Shown here: positions 17,433 through 27,464 of the stretch, one piece after another
Position numbering within the stretch: the first letter of the stretch is position 1
Layout of the letters: each line of letters begins with the position of its first letter
Source of the DNA: Anaerolineales bacterium
GTDB lineage: Bacteria; Chloroflexota; Anaerolineae; Anaerolineales; RBG-16-64-43
Direction of reading: 5' to 3'
Length of the DNA: 64,000 nucleotides
NCBI GenBank assembly: GCA_050012135.1
Contig: JBEKHT010000001.1
Span: 83,095-147,094 of the forward strand
Made by a program: the position numbers and the translations under genes
Notes under the pieces: generated by a model
The model's input: the letters and a program-made list of their open reading frames with translations, nothing else
What the model was told of the DNA's origin: nothing
Databases searched by the model: none

Positions 17433-19930
17433 AGCGCTTTGTGGAAGTGGCCGTCAACGTTCCGACCCAGCAGGCCGTGTTCCACTATCATGTGCCTGCC
17501 GAGTGGGACACTGTCCCGGGAGCGGGGATGCTGGTCGAGGTTCCATTTGGCTTGCTGCAACGTCAAGGGATCGTACTGGGCGAGATTCCCAGCCCGCAGG
17601 TTTCAGAGACCAAACCCCTGGTTTCACTGCTGGATCCCCAGCCGGTGCTGACCCGCCAGCAGATCCAGCTGGCGCGTTGGATGAGCGCCTACTACCGAGA
17701 CCCCCTTGGGAGTTGCCTGGAGGCCATGCTTCCCCCTGGGCTTTCCAAGCATGCGGAATCGACGTACTCGCTTCGGGTTCCCTCCTTTGAGCCTGCCCGT
17801 CCCTCGGAGCGGCGCCTGATCAGCCTGCTTGGCCAAAGAGGGTCGCTCAGACACGGGCAGTTGGACCGCGCCTTCCCGCATGTGGCCTGGGAGCGTGACG
17901 CGATGAGGCTCGTGCGCAAAGGGATTCTCATGCGGCGCCAGCTGCTGCCGCCTCCCTCCGTCCATCCCAAACAGGTCCGCACGGCGAGGCTGGCCATCCT
18001 TCCGGAACAGGCGCGGGAGCTGGCAGGCGAAATCAGAAGCCGGGCCGTGCGCCAGAGTGCGCGGGCGGCGGCCGAGCGGCGCGCCAGGGTTCTCGAGTTC
18101 TTGGCGGAAGAGAAAGGCCCCGTCGAGGCCAGCTGGGTCTACGCCCGCAGTGGCGCCCGGTTAGAGGATCTCAAGTTGCTGGCCGAATCGGGATGGGTCG
18201 ATCTGGGGCAGGAGCAGGTCTGGCGCGACCCGTTGGCCGGAAGGGAATTCGGCCCCCCACCCTTCGTGACGCTCAGCAGCGATCAGGAACGGGCGTGGCA
18301 GGAGATCCGCGTTGCACTGGCAAGGGGGGAGGGCCGCTCCTTCCTGCTTCACGGAGTCACAGGCTCTGGCAAGACCGAGATCTATCTGAAAGCGGCCTCC
18401 GAGACTCTGGCAAAGGGCCGGCAGGTCATCGTTCTTGTCCCAGAGATCTCGCTCACGGCACAGACGATCGAACGTTTCGGCCGATGGTTCCCGGGACGAA
18501 TGGGTGTGCTTCATAGCCGACTCTCGGAAGGGGAGCGGTATGACACCTGGCGCCGTGCCCGCTCCGGGACCCTGGAGATCATCCTTGGCGCGCGGAGTGC
18601 GCTCTTTGCCCCGCTGCCCGCCTTGGGCTTGATCGTGGTGGACGAGGAGCATGATGACTCCTACAAATCCAACCAACCCCCGTTTTTTCACGCGCGTCGA
18701 ATGGCCCTTGAGTATGCTCAGATCGCGCAGGCCGTCTGCCTGTTGGGGTCTGCCACCCCCGACTTGACCACGTACTCTGCGGCTCGCCACGGAGCCCTAA
18801 CCTACCTCCGCCTCCCCTTGCGAGTGGGAGGTCCGCAGACCTCCGCCGGCAGTGGCTCCGGTCGCGGCAGGGAGATGCCTCCGGTCGAGGTGGTCGACAT
18901 GCGGCAGGAGTTGAGAGCGGGGAACCGTTCCATCTTCAGCCGGTCGCTCATTTCCGGGTTGAGGCAGTGTCTGGAAAGGAAGGAACAAGCCCTTCTTTTC
19001 CTCAATCGAAGAGGGAGCGCGAGCGCCGTGTTTTGTCGCTCCTGCGGTCAGGCACTGCGGTGCCCACGGTGTGGCATCCCCCTGACCCTGCACGGAGGTC
19101 CGGAGGACCAGAAGGAGGGCGGCGGAGCCCTCTCCCGGAGGCTGATCTGCCATCACTGCAACTACCGGCGGGAGATCCCCAAGAATTGCCCGCGCTGCCG
19201 GAGCTCAGCGTTGCGGCCCCTGGGCGTGGGGACCCAGCGCATCGAACAAGAGGTGCGCTCCGCCTTCCCTTCGGCGCGCACTCTGCGGTGGGACCGGGAC
19301 ACCGTTCGCCAGCCTGGCGCGCATGAGATCCTGCTGGAGCTCTTCGCCTCCGGGCGGGCGGACGTGCTGGTGGGTACGCAGATGATTGCGAAGGGATTCG
19401 ACCTGCCGCGGGTGACGCTGGTGGGGGTGATTCTGGCGGAGGTGGGTCTCTACCTGCCGGACTATCGGGCCGCCGAGAGGAGTTTTCAAGTCCTGACCCA
19501 GGTGGCTGGCCGCGCGGGCCGAGGAGTGCGCGAGGGGCGGGCCATTTTTCAGACGTATCAGCCGGAAGCATCTGTCATCCGGGCTGCGGCGGCCCAGGAC
19601 TACGAGCTTTTTGCGCGAAGCGAACTCCAGGCGCGGAAGGAGTTGTCCTACCCCCCTTCGGCCTCGCTCATCCGGTTGCTCTTTGCCGATGAGAAGGAGG
19701 AGAGAGCCTCGCGCGCATGCCGCCTGACAGCCTCCCTCCTGCGCGAAAGGATAGCACGCCAGAAGGAGAGAAACACGGATCTCGTCGGGCCAGCTCCGTG
19801 TTTCTTTGCACGCGAAGCAGGACGGTATCGCTGGCAGGTGCTCCTGCGCGGCCCCAACCCGGCTTCCGTGCTGCCTGCCACACTTCCCGCCGAGTGCCAG
19901 GTGGACGTCGACCCGGTGACACTCCTATGA
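17429..19930 (+). CDS. priA: Primosomal protein N' (replication restart helicase)
   Basis: HGVTGSGKTEIY Walker A, VVDEEHD, and Cys4 zinc-binding clusters CRSCG...CPRCG and CHHCN...CPRCRS. It has an ATGA overlap with the upstream gene. Confidence 0.92.
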   Translation: MKRFVEVAVNVPTQQAVFHYHVPAEWDTVPGAGMLVEVPFGLLQRQGIVLGEIPSPQVSETKPLVSLLDPQPVLTRQQIQLARWMSAYYRDPLGSCLEAMLPPGLSKHAESTYSLRVPSFEPARPSERRLISLLGQRGSLRHGQLDRAFPHVAWERDAMRLVRKGILMRRQLLPPPSVHPKQVRTARLAILPEQARELAGEIRSRAVRQSARAAAERRARVLEFLAEEKGPVEASWVYARSGARLEDLKLLAESGWVDLGQEQVWRDPLAGREFGPPPFVTLSSDQERAWQEIRVALARGEGRSFLLHGVTGSGKTEIYLKAASETLAKGRQVIVLVPEISLTAQTIERFGRWFPGRMGVLHSRLSEGERYDTWRRARSGTLEIILGARSALFAPLPALGLIVVDEEHDDSYKSNQPPFFHARRMALEYAQIAQAVCLLGSATPDLTTYSAARHGALTYLRLPLRVGGPQTSAGSGSGRGREMPPVEVVDMRQELRAGNRSIFSRSLISGLRQCLERKEQALLFLNRRGSASAVFCRSCGQALRCPRCGIPLTLHGGPEDQKEGGGALSRRLICHHCNYRREIPKNCPRCRSSALRPLGVGTQRIEQEVRSAFPSARTLRWDRDTVRQPGAHEILLELFASGRADVLVGTQMIAKGFDLPRVTLVGVILAEVGLYLPDYRAAERSFQVLTQVAGRAGRGVREGRAIFQTYQPEASVIRAAAAQDYELFARSELQARKELSYPPSASLIRLLFADEKEERASRACRLTASLLRERIARQKERNTDLVGPAPCFFAREAGRYRWQVLLRGPNPASVLPATLPAECQVDVDPVTLL

Positions 19931-20136
19931 CCCCGGGTGGAGGGGAAGGCCAGGTTCTCATGGCCCGGCGGAACGCCTTTGGGTGTTGGGGCGGTGTCGG
20001 TCGAGGAGCGGATAGGAAGGGAAAGGGCGAGCGTTGCAGGGCGCTCTTTTCCCCTTCCGGGAAAAGGCCAGCGGGCCTTGGTCAGGCAGGGGAGCCGCGC
20101 GAGCGGATCGCCGGTTTTGACGGCCCGCGCCGCGGG

Positions 20137-20172
20137 TGATATACTTTCGGCGCTCCCGCCTACGGGCGGGAG
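20137..20172 (+). promoter_or_regulatory. Extended -10 promoter TGATATACT plus a 5'-proximal UACG-tetraloop hairpin of the rpsB leader
   Basis: TGnTATACT at 20137-20145. Hairpin CUCCCGCC-UACG-GGCGGGAG at 20153-20172. The rpsB ATG is at 20295. Confidence 0.45.
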
Positions 20173-20294
20173 AATTTGTGCCCCGCAAGGGGTATCTCGC
20201 ACGCGGTGGACCTGACCGTGCGTACCCGGAAGCCGCCGAGCGGAGGGTAGCGGGAGGGGAGGAAGCCGCGGAGGCCAAACGCAAAGGAGAAGCC

Positions 20295-21113
20295 ATGGCA
20301 CTCGTGTCTCTCAAGTCGCTGCTCGAAGCCGGGGTGCACTTCGGCCATCGGACCGAGAAGTGGCACCCCAAGATGAGGCCCTATATCTTTACTGAACGCA
20401 ATGGGGTCCACATCATCGACCTGCAACAAACCGTTGCCGCCCTGACGCAGGTTCATTCGTTGGTAAGCGGCCTGGTGGCCCAAGGCGGGACGATCTTGTT
20501 CGTGGGAACGAAGCGCCAGGCGCAGGATACCGTGGAAGAGGAAGCCACGCGGGCCAACATGCCGTATGTAATCGATCGGTGGCTGGGCGGGACCCTGACG
20601 AACTGGCGGACCATCAAGGAGCGGATTGACGAGCTGGATCGGCTGGAGAAGATGGGAGCCTCGGGGGAGTTTGAGCGCCTGACCAAGAAGGAGGAGCTCA
20701 TGCTCCGCCGGCGCATGGCGCGCCTCGGCCAGCGTTTGGGCGGGTTGCGCAAGATGGTCTCCCTGCCCTCGGCCCTTTTCGTGATCGACGTTAACCGTGA
20801 AGAGACCGCGGTCCACGAGGCGAATATCCTGGGCATCCCCGTGATTGCGCTCGTCGACACCAATTGTGATCCATCCGGCATAGACTACATTATCCCCTCC
20901 AACGACGACGCGATCCGAGCCATCCGCCTGCTGACGGCGAAGACCGCAGATGCGGTGCTGGAAGGGATCGGACTGCGGAAAGACAGGGAGCAGGTCGAGG
21001 AGGCCCCTCAGCCCGAAAGTGACGAAGCGCTGCTGGGCGAGGCGACGCTGGCGAAGATGCGCGACGAACAGGGGACGAGTGGTTCTGATGAGGAGAAGGC
21101 TGGAGGAGTATGA
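20295..21113 (+). CDS. rpsB: 30S ribosomal protein S2
   Basis: The start is chosen at MALVSLKSLLEAGVHFGHRTEKWHPKM, with AAAGGAGA 6 nt upstream. The sequence is conserved S2 throughout. Confidence 0.93.
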   Translation: MALVSLKSLLEAGVHFGHRTEKWHPKMRPYIFTERNGVHIIDLQQTVAALTQVHSLVSGLVAQGGTILFVGTKRQAQDTVEEEATRANMPYVIDRWLGGTLTNWRTIKERIDELDRLEKMGASGEFERLTKKEELMLRRRMARLGQRLGGLRKMVSLPSALFVIDVNREETAVHEANILGIPVIALVDTNCDPSGIDYIIPSNDDAIRAIRLLTAKTADAVLEGIGLRKDREQVEEAPQPESDEALLGEATLAKMRDEQGTSGSDEEKAGGV

Positions 21114-21724
21114 GTCGGGCGATGGTGATTCCCACGGCTCAAGTCAAGCAGTTGCGCGAGTTGACCGGCGCAGGCATTCTGGATTGTCGTACGGCGCTGG
21201 AGGAGACGGGCGGCGATGTGGACAAAGCCGTTCAGTACCTTCGCGAGAAGGGCTTGGCGGCAGCGGAGAAGCGCTTGGGACGGGAGACGCGAGAAGGTTT
21301 TATTGATCTTTACAGCCATGGGAATGGCCGCGTGGGGGTCATGGTCGAGGTGAATTGTGAGACCGACTTTGTCGCCCGGGCCGAGGAGTTTCGCCGCTTT
21401 GTTCACGAGGTCGCCCTGCAGGTTGCGGCGGCCTGCCCTCTGTATCTGGATGTGAGTCAAATCCCGTCCGAGGTTGTGGAGGTGCAACGAACTGAGGCGC
21501 GCAACCAAGCTCGCCGAGAAGGAAAGCCCGAGAAGGTCTGGGATCGCATTGTCGAGGGGCGTCTGGACAAGTTCTATCGGGAGGTGTGCCTCCTCCGTCA
21601 GCCCTATATTCGTGACGACCAGATGACCGTCGCGGATGTTCTCCGGCAGATGATCGCTTCCACCGGGGAGAATGTGGTCATCCGGCGCTTTCAGCGCTGG
21701 GAGGTGGGCCAGGAGGCTGGGTGA
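21110..21724 (+). CDS. tsf: Elongation factor Ts (short form)
   Basis: The N-terminal UBA-like region is VKQLRELTGAGILDCRTALEE. It has a 4-nt overlap with rpsB. Confidence 0.92.
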   Translation: MSRAMVIPTAQVKQLRELTGAGILDCRTALEETGGDVDKAVQYLREKGLAAAEKRLGRETREGFIDLYSHGNGRVGVMVEVNCETDFVARAEEFRRFVHEVALQVAAACPLYLDVSQIPSEVVEVQRTEARNQARREGKPEKVWDRIVEGRLDKFYREVCLLRQPYIRDDQMTVADVLRQMIASTGENVVIRRFQRWEVGQEAG

Positions 21725-21765
21725 GTCAGGGCGGGTCAACGAGAAGGTTGGCCCGCTTTTCTTGA

Positions 21766-22500
<735 letters not shown>

Positions 22501-22654
22501 TTCTCGGCCCCCCGCCTGTTCCCCCCTCCGCAGCTGTGTGCCCGCTCCCCCTTCCAAAAGGTGGCAGTTTTCGAATTGCTCCTTTTGGATTATCCTTGGC
22601 TTCAGATAGAGCTCATTCCGGCGCGAGGATTCGATAACCCAGGAGCGATTCCCA

Positions 22655-23212
22655 ATGGTGAAGGACGCATTGGCCGAGGCTGAGACTCGCATGAAAGGCG
22701 CGGTGAAGTCACTGGAGGAGGAACTGGCCACCCTCAGGACGGGTCGCGCCAGTCCGGCGCTGGTCGAGCGCCTGGAGGTCGAGTACTACGGTGCGGCCAC
22801 GCCTCTCATGCAGCTGGCGACCATCTCGGCGCCTGAAGCTCGATTGCTCACCATCAGGCCATTTGACCCCGGATCGCTCAAAGGCATCGAGCGCGCGATC
22901 CTGGGTTCCGAATTGGGCCTGACCCCCTCCAATGACGGCAAGATCATCCGTTTGACCATTCCCGCGCTGACCGAGGAACGACGGCATGAGTTGGTGAAGA
23001 TTGTGAACCGTCGGACCGAGGAATCGCGGGTTGCCGTTCGCAACATCCGTCGAGATGTTCACAATGACCTGCGCGAGTTCGAAAAAGAGAAGCTCATGTC
23101 GGAAGATGAATTGAAGCGGGGCGAGGAAGACCTTCAGAAGCTTACCGATCGGTACATCGGGAACCTGGATGAGATGAGCCGGCGCAAAGAGGCGGAGATC
23201 ATGGAGGTCTAG
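22655..23212 (+). CDS. frr: Ribosome recycling factor
   Basis: 185 aa. Contains [15 protein letters not shown] and IPALTEERR. Confidence 0.93.
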   Translation: MVKDALAEAETRMKGAVKSLEEELATLRTGRASPALVERLEVEYYGAATPLMQLATISAPEARLLTIRPFDPGSLKGIERAILGSELGLTPSNDGKIIRLTIPALTEERRHELVKIVNRRTEESRVAVRNIRRDVHNDLREFEKEKLMSEDELKRGEEDLQKLTDRYIGNLDEMSRRKEAEIMEV

Positions 23213-23241
23213 TCGTCGCAGGGAAAGGGTACGAGAGGTCC

Positions 23242-24027
23242 GTGCGGACAGGTGCCGTGACAAGCAAGCGATCGGATCCTGCAGAGGAAGGGGCTAAGGC
23301 CGTTCCGTCCGGGCTGCCGGAGAAGATCCCGCAGCACGTGGCGATCATCATGGACGGGAATGGCCGCTGGGCCAGCCAGCGCAACTTGCCCCGCTTGGCC
23401 GGGCATCGGGCGGGTACTGAGAACCTGCGGCGAGTGATCACCGCCTGCGTCGAGTTCGGCATTCACTACCTCACGCTATATGCCTTCTCTACCGAGAACT
23501 GGGGGCGGCCCGAAGACGAGGTCCAGGGCCTGCTCTCGATTCTGGAGGATGTTCTGGACCGCGAGCTCGCGGAACTAAATCGGGAAGGTGTTCAGCTTCG
23601 GCACATCGGTCGGCTGGACGGGATCAGCCCCCGCCTGCAGGGAAAGGTCCGGCAGGCCATCGAACGGACGAAGGGCAATCAACGTTTGGTGCTCAACGTA
23701 GCTTTCAACTACGGTGGGCGCGATGAAATTGTCCAGGCCGTGCGGCGGATGATCGCGGATGGGGTCCGGGCCGATCAGGTGACCGAACCGTTGTTCAGCC
23801 AGTACTTGTTCACCGCGGGCACCCCCGACCCGGATCTGATCATTCGCACCTCGGGCGAGCTGCGCATCAGCAACTTCCTCATCTGGCAATGCGCCTACGC
23901 CGAGTGGTACATTACCCCCGTCTATTGGCCCGACTTTGGCAAAGAGGAGCTGCGCCTAGCCCTCTGGGAATATAGCCAGAGGGAACGGCGCTTTGGCCGA
24001 GCGCCCACCGCTTGGGGCGCGTCCTAG
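23242..24027 (+). CDS. uppS: Isoprenyl transferase (undecaprenyl diphosphate synthase)
   Basis: Contains [13 protein letters not shown] and [19 protein letters not shown] start is assumed and the exact start is uncertain. Confidence 0.88.
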   Translation: MRTGAVTSKRSDPAEEGAKAVPSGLPEKIPQHVAIIMDGNGRWASQRNLPRLAGHRAGTENLRRVITACVEFGIHYLTLYAFSTENWGRPEDEVQGLLSILEDVLDRELAELNREGVQLRHIGRLDGISPRLQGKVRQAIERTKGNQRLVLNVAFNYGGRDEIVQAVRRMIADGVRADQVTEPLFSQYLFTAGTPDPDLIIRTSGELRISNFLIWQCAYAEWYITPVYWPDFGKEELRLALWEYSQRERRFGRAPTAWGAS

Positions 24028-24034
24028 AGGACTC

Positions 24035-24862
24035 ATGCTCCGGGATCGCATCGTCGTGGCGCTTCTGTTGTTGCCCGTTGCGCTTTGGCTGATCGTAATA
24101 GGGGGTCTTCCCTTTTGGGCCCTGGTGTCGATTTTCCTCGTCCTGGCGGGGATCGAGTACGGGCAGCTTTTTGAACATGTAGGCCTGAGACCGAGCTCCT
24201 GGCTGATGGCGGCAGGCATTCTGGCCATTACGGCGATGCGCGCCTGGGCTGGTTTTGACCATGTCGGTATTCTCCTGCTGCTCATCACCCAGGGGGCACT
24301 GCTCTGGTACCTGATCCAGTACGAGCGCGGGGCCTCCCGCTCGGGGAGCGAGTTTGCGGTAACCCTGGGTGCAATCCTCTATGTCGGCTGGCTGGGGGCC
24401 TACCTGGTTTCCCTCAGGGCCCTGCCCGACGGGACGTGGTGGTTCCTGATCGTCATGCCCGCGATTTGGCTTGGCGATTCCTTGGCCTTCTCCATCGGGC
24501 GCCGCTTTGGCCGGCACCGCATGACGCCTCGTCTGAGTCCAAGGAAGACCTGGGAGGGCTACCTCGGGTCGGTCCTGGGGGGTGCTCTGGGCGGGGGCGG
24601 GTTGGCTCTCGTCTGGCAGATTGCCGCCCGGCCAGCCAGTGGATTGCGCCCGCTCAGCGGCCTACTGATCGGAGGCTTGGTGGGGGCACTGGCCCCGCTG
24701 GGCGACCTGGCCATCAGCATGATCAAGCGCGAGGCCGGAGTCAAGGATTCGGGGACCCTCCTCCCAGGACACGGTGGCGCGCTAGATCGGATTGATTCCT
24801 GGATTGTCGCCGCCTCCGTCGGGTACTACCTCGTCGTGAGTATCGCCCCGCTCTTCCACTGA
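24035..24862 (+). CDS. cdsA: Phosphatidate cytidylyltransferase
   Basis: Signature SMIKREAGVKDSGTLLPGHGGALDRIDS. Multiple TM segments. The start is placed at ATG 24035. Confidence 0.9.
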   Translation: MLRDRIVVALLLLPVALWLIVIGGLPFWALVSIFLVLAGIEYGQLFEHVGLRPSSWLMAAGILAITAMRAWAGFDHVGILLLLITQGALLWYLIQYERGASRSGSEFAVTLGAILYVGWLGAYLVSLRALPDGTWWFLIVMPAIWLGDSLAFSIGRRFGRHRMTPRLSPRKTWEGYLGSVLGGALGGGGLALVWQIAARPASGLRPLSGLLIGGLVGALAPLGDLAISMIKREAGVKDSGTLLPGHGGALDRIDSWIVAASVGYYLVVSIAPLFH

Positions 24863-25343
24863 TCCCGACGGTCCCCCTCAAGTCGGCCGAGGCCGACCCC
24901 TCCCATAGCAGATCGACGAGAGGGCAAAGCGCCTGCCCCCAAAAAGGGAGCGTGTTTGGCGCCGGGGGAGGGAGACATCCAAACCCCGTGCGCGGCAGGC
25001 CGTCGCCAGCCGGGCCTCCTCGAAAGCAGCGCACGCGCAGAGGGCGGGTCGGCTGGCGCAGGGGGGTCAGAGCCAAACCGCCGGGGCTGAACGGATGAGC
25101 CCCGGAGCGCCAAGCCGTCAGGAGAGATTCGGGACTGAGCGGGTCAACCCGAGAAAAACAACAGGTGAAACGATGGAGGCTCCAACGCAGGGCGTCTCAC
25201 TGCCCAGACCCAGCGAGATCCCGCCTCGCAGCCGACCCGGCAAGCCCCAGCGGATGCCAGAAGCAGAAAGAGATCGCTCCTGCCTCGGCTTCAGAGGATC
25301 GAGCCGAGGCTAGCCCTCGAGGTAGGCGCGCCCGCCTGCGGCT

Positions 25344-25892
25344 CTAGGGAGTGGGACAGCCCATGCCGAACCAAGCGCAATACAGGTTGTTGGTGTCGAT
25401 GTAATAGAGGACCGCCACGAGGACCACGACAATCACGATTACCAAACAGCCGCAGCCGATCAGGAGATTGCGCGTGGTGTGGCTTTTCTTCTCAGGAGCG
25501 ATGCCCGCGGCCGGCGTTGGCGGTGGCGGTGGGGGCACCGCCTGCACAGGCATCTTGGCTACCGAGGCCGCCACCGTGGCCCCTACCCCCTCGCCCTCAA
25601 AGGAGAAAACCACGTTTTCGCCAAGGGTGACCTCGTCACCCGGGCTAAGCATGCGCTGCCCGGTGATGCGCTGTTTGTTGACGAAGGTCCCATTGGTCGA
25701 GCCCAGGTCTTCCAGCATGTAGGTGCCCTGCTTGCTGGTCAGCCGTGAGTGTGAACGCGAGATCTCTGGGTCGGGGATGACGATGTCCGCCGAGGCCTCG
25801 CGACCGATCGTAATGCTATCCTTCGTGAGCTCGTAGACCTTTCCTGGGGTGGGACCGCTGCGCATGACAAGACGTTGGCGTTCGCTGGACAT
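25344..25892 (-). CDS. FHA-domain protein with Pro-rich linker and C-terminal TM/Cys-containing tail
   Basis: FHA core ITIGREASADIVIPDPEISRSHSRL...LEDLGSTNGTFVN. The start is chosen at ATG 25892 because GGAGGA lies 5 nt upstream. The longer ORF has no SD. Confidence 0.8.
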   Translation of the reverse strand: MSSERQRLVMRSGPTPGKVYELTKDSITIGREASADIVIPDPEISRSHSRLTSKQGTYMLEDLGSTNGTFVNKQRITGQRMLSPGDEVTLGENVVFSFEGEGVGATVAASVAKMPVQAVPPPPPPTPAAGIAPEKKSHTTRNLLIGCGCLVIVIVVVLVAVLYYIDTNNLYCAWFGMGCPTP

Positions 25893-26105
25893 TTCGTCCT
25901 CCGGGTTTTTGAGCTTGCAGCGAGTGTACATGGACTTGAAGGCGGAGTCAACTGAGGTCGCCATAGGCGGAGTGTTCGCCAAGGCGGCTGGCTGGGCTTG
26001 GCCCGTGACGGAATCCGCTTCGTCTTGACAGAGGGCTCGGATTGCCGATAATGAGGTCAAAAGCAAAGGCCTTGACGGAGGAAAGTAAACTGCTGGGGGT
26101 TGCCA

Positions 26106-26375
26106 GGGAGGCCGAGGTCATGACTGGGAGCCCGGCCCAACCGCAGGCAGTTGAAGTTCCCTCCCGAGCCGTTCAGGTGGACCGCGTCGTCTTCGGGCGC
26201 GTAGTCTGAGCCGGTGCTCGGCCGTTACCCGAGAAGGCCCTCTCCCGGAGGAGACGGCAGGTGATCCGGGCGGGGGATGCGGAGCGAGTTGGGCCCGTTG
26301 CAGCGGCTGGGGTCCGACTAACCAGGGTGGTACCGCGGGTCTTGATCCCGTCCCTGATTGGACGGGATTTTGTTT
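26106..26375 (+). promoter_or_regulatory. T-box leader (tRNA-sensing riboswitch) of pheS-pheT with terminator
   Basis: The conserved T-box sequence AGGGUGGUACCGCGG is at 26324-26338. The terminator hairpin AUCCCGUCC-CUGAUU-GGACGGGAU plus UUUGUUU follows directly at 26345-26375, and the pheS ATG is at 26390. The 5' boundary is approximate. Confidence 0.8.
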
Positions 26376-26389
26376 GCTGTGGAGGCTCG

Positions 26390-27415
26390 ATGATTGAGCA
26401 ACTCGACCGAATGGAGCAGGAGGCGATTGCGGCCTTGAGTTTCGTGCGGGTAAGAGATGACCTGACGGTCTGGCGCGGAGCCTATCTGGGTCGCAGTTCA
26501 AAGCTCATGATCTTCATTGGTGATCTGGGCGAGCTCTCGAGTTCGGATCGACCGACCTTGGGACGACGAGCCAACGAGGTCAAGCGGCGGTTGGAGGAAG
26601 CCTATCAGTCCAAGCTAGAGGAGCTCCACCGCCAGGTGCTGGAGCGGACGCTCCACGAGGAGAGACTGGACGTCACCTTACCCGGGCGCCCGCCTGCGCG
26701 CGGTCGACTCCACCCCTCCACCCAAATCGTACGCCGAATCACTTCGGTCTGGGCCGACATGGGCTTCCAAGTCTACCGCAGCCGCGAGGTCGAGACGGAC
26801 GAGTACAATTTCGGACTGCTCAACATGCCTCCTGATCATCCAGCGCGCGATCAATGGGACACTTTCTATACGACGGTTCCCAACATTATCCTTAGAACTC
26901 ACACCTCTCCTGGGCAGATGCACGTCATGCGCGAGTGCGCGCCCGAGCCGATCCGGGTGGTCCTGCCGGGAATGTGCTACCGCTACGAGCAGATTACCGC
27001 TCGTTCCGAGATCCAGTTCAATCAGGTCGAGGGACTTGCGGTCGGGCACCAGATCACCTTCGCCAACCTCAAAGGGACCCTCTCGGATTTCGCCCGCCGC
27101 ATGTTCGGCCCTTCCGTCCGATCCCGCTTCCGGGCAGACTACTTCCCGTTCACCGAGCCCAGCGCCGAGATGGATGTGGAGTGCTTTGTCTGCGGGGGTC
27201 AGGGATGCGCCGTCTGTAAGCACAGCGGTTGGCTGGAGATTCTGGGAGCCGGAATGGTGCATCCGAATGTCTTGCGCAACGGGGGCTACGACCCGAGGCA
27301 TTTCTCGGGCTTTGCCTTCGGCCTGGGACCGGAGCGGATCGCGATGTTGCGCTACGGCATCGGGGACATCCGTTCCTTCTGGGCCAACGACCTGCGCTTT
27401 CTGGAGCAGTTCTGA
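26390..27415 (+). CDS. pheS: Phenylalanine--tRNA ligase alpha subunit
   Basis: The start is at MIEQLDRMEQEA. Class II motifs FRADYFPFTEPSAE and GFAFGLGPERIAMLRYGI. Confidence 0.93.
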   Translation: MIEQLDRMEQEAIAALSFVRVRDDLTVWRGAYLGRSSKLMIFIGDLGELSSSDRPTLGRRANEVKRRLEEAYQSKLEELHRQVLERTLHEERLDVTLPGRPPARGRLHPSTQIVRRITSVWADMGFQVYRSREVETDEYNFGLLNMPPDHPARDQWDTFYTTVPNIILRTHTSPGQMHVMRECAPEPIRVVLPGMCYRYEQITARSEIQFNQVEGLAVGHQITFANLKGTLSDFARRMFGPSVRSRFRADYFPFTEPSAEMDVECFVCGGQGCAVCKHSGWLEILGAGMVHPNVLRNGGYDPRHFSGFAFGLGPERIAMLRYGIGDIRSFWANDLRFLEQF

Positions 27416-27464
27416 GACCGGGCGGACCGAGCCGCAGCCTATTGGAGTGATGGGAGTCTTGCTC

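Noticed and set aside
25068-25082. CAGAGCCAAACCGCC, which resembles the RNase P segment ACAGAGAGCAAACCGCC.
   Set aside because: No GGAAAGUCC or ACCCGGCU partner motifs and no P1/P2/P4 topology exist in that spacer. A much better rnpB candidate lies at 36006-36467.
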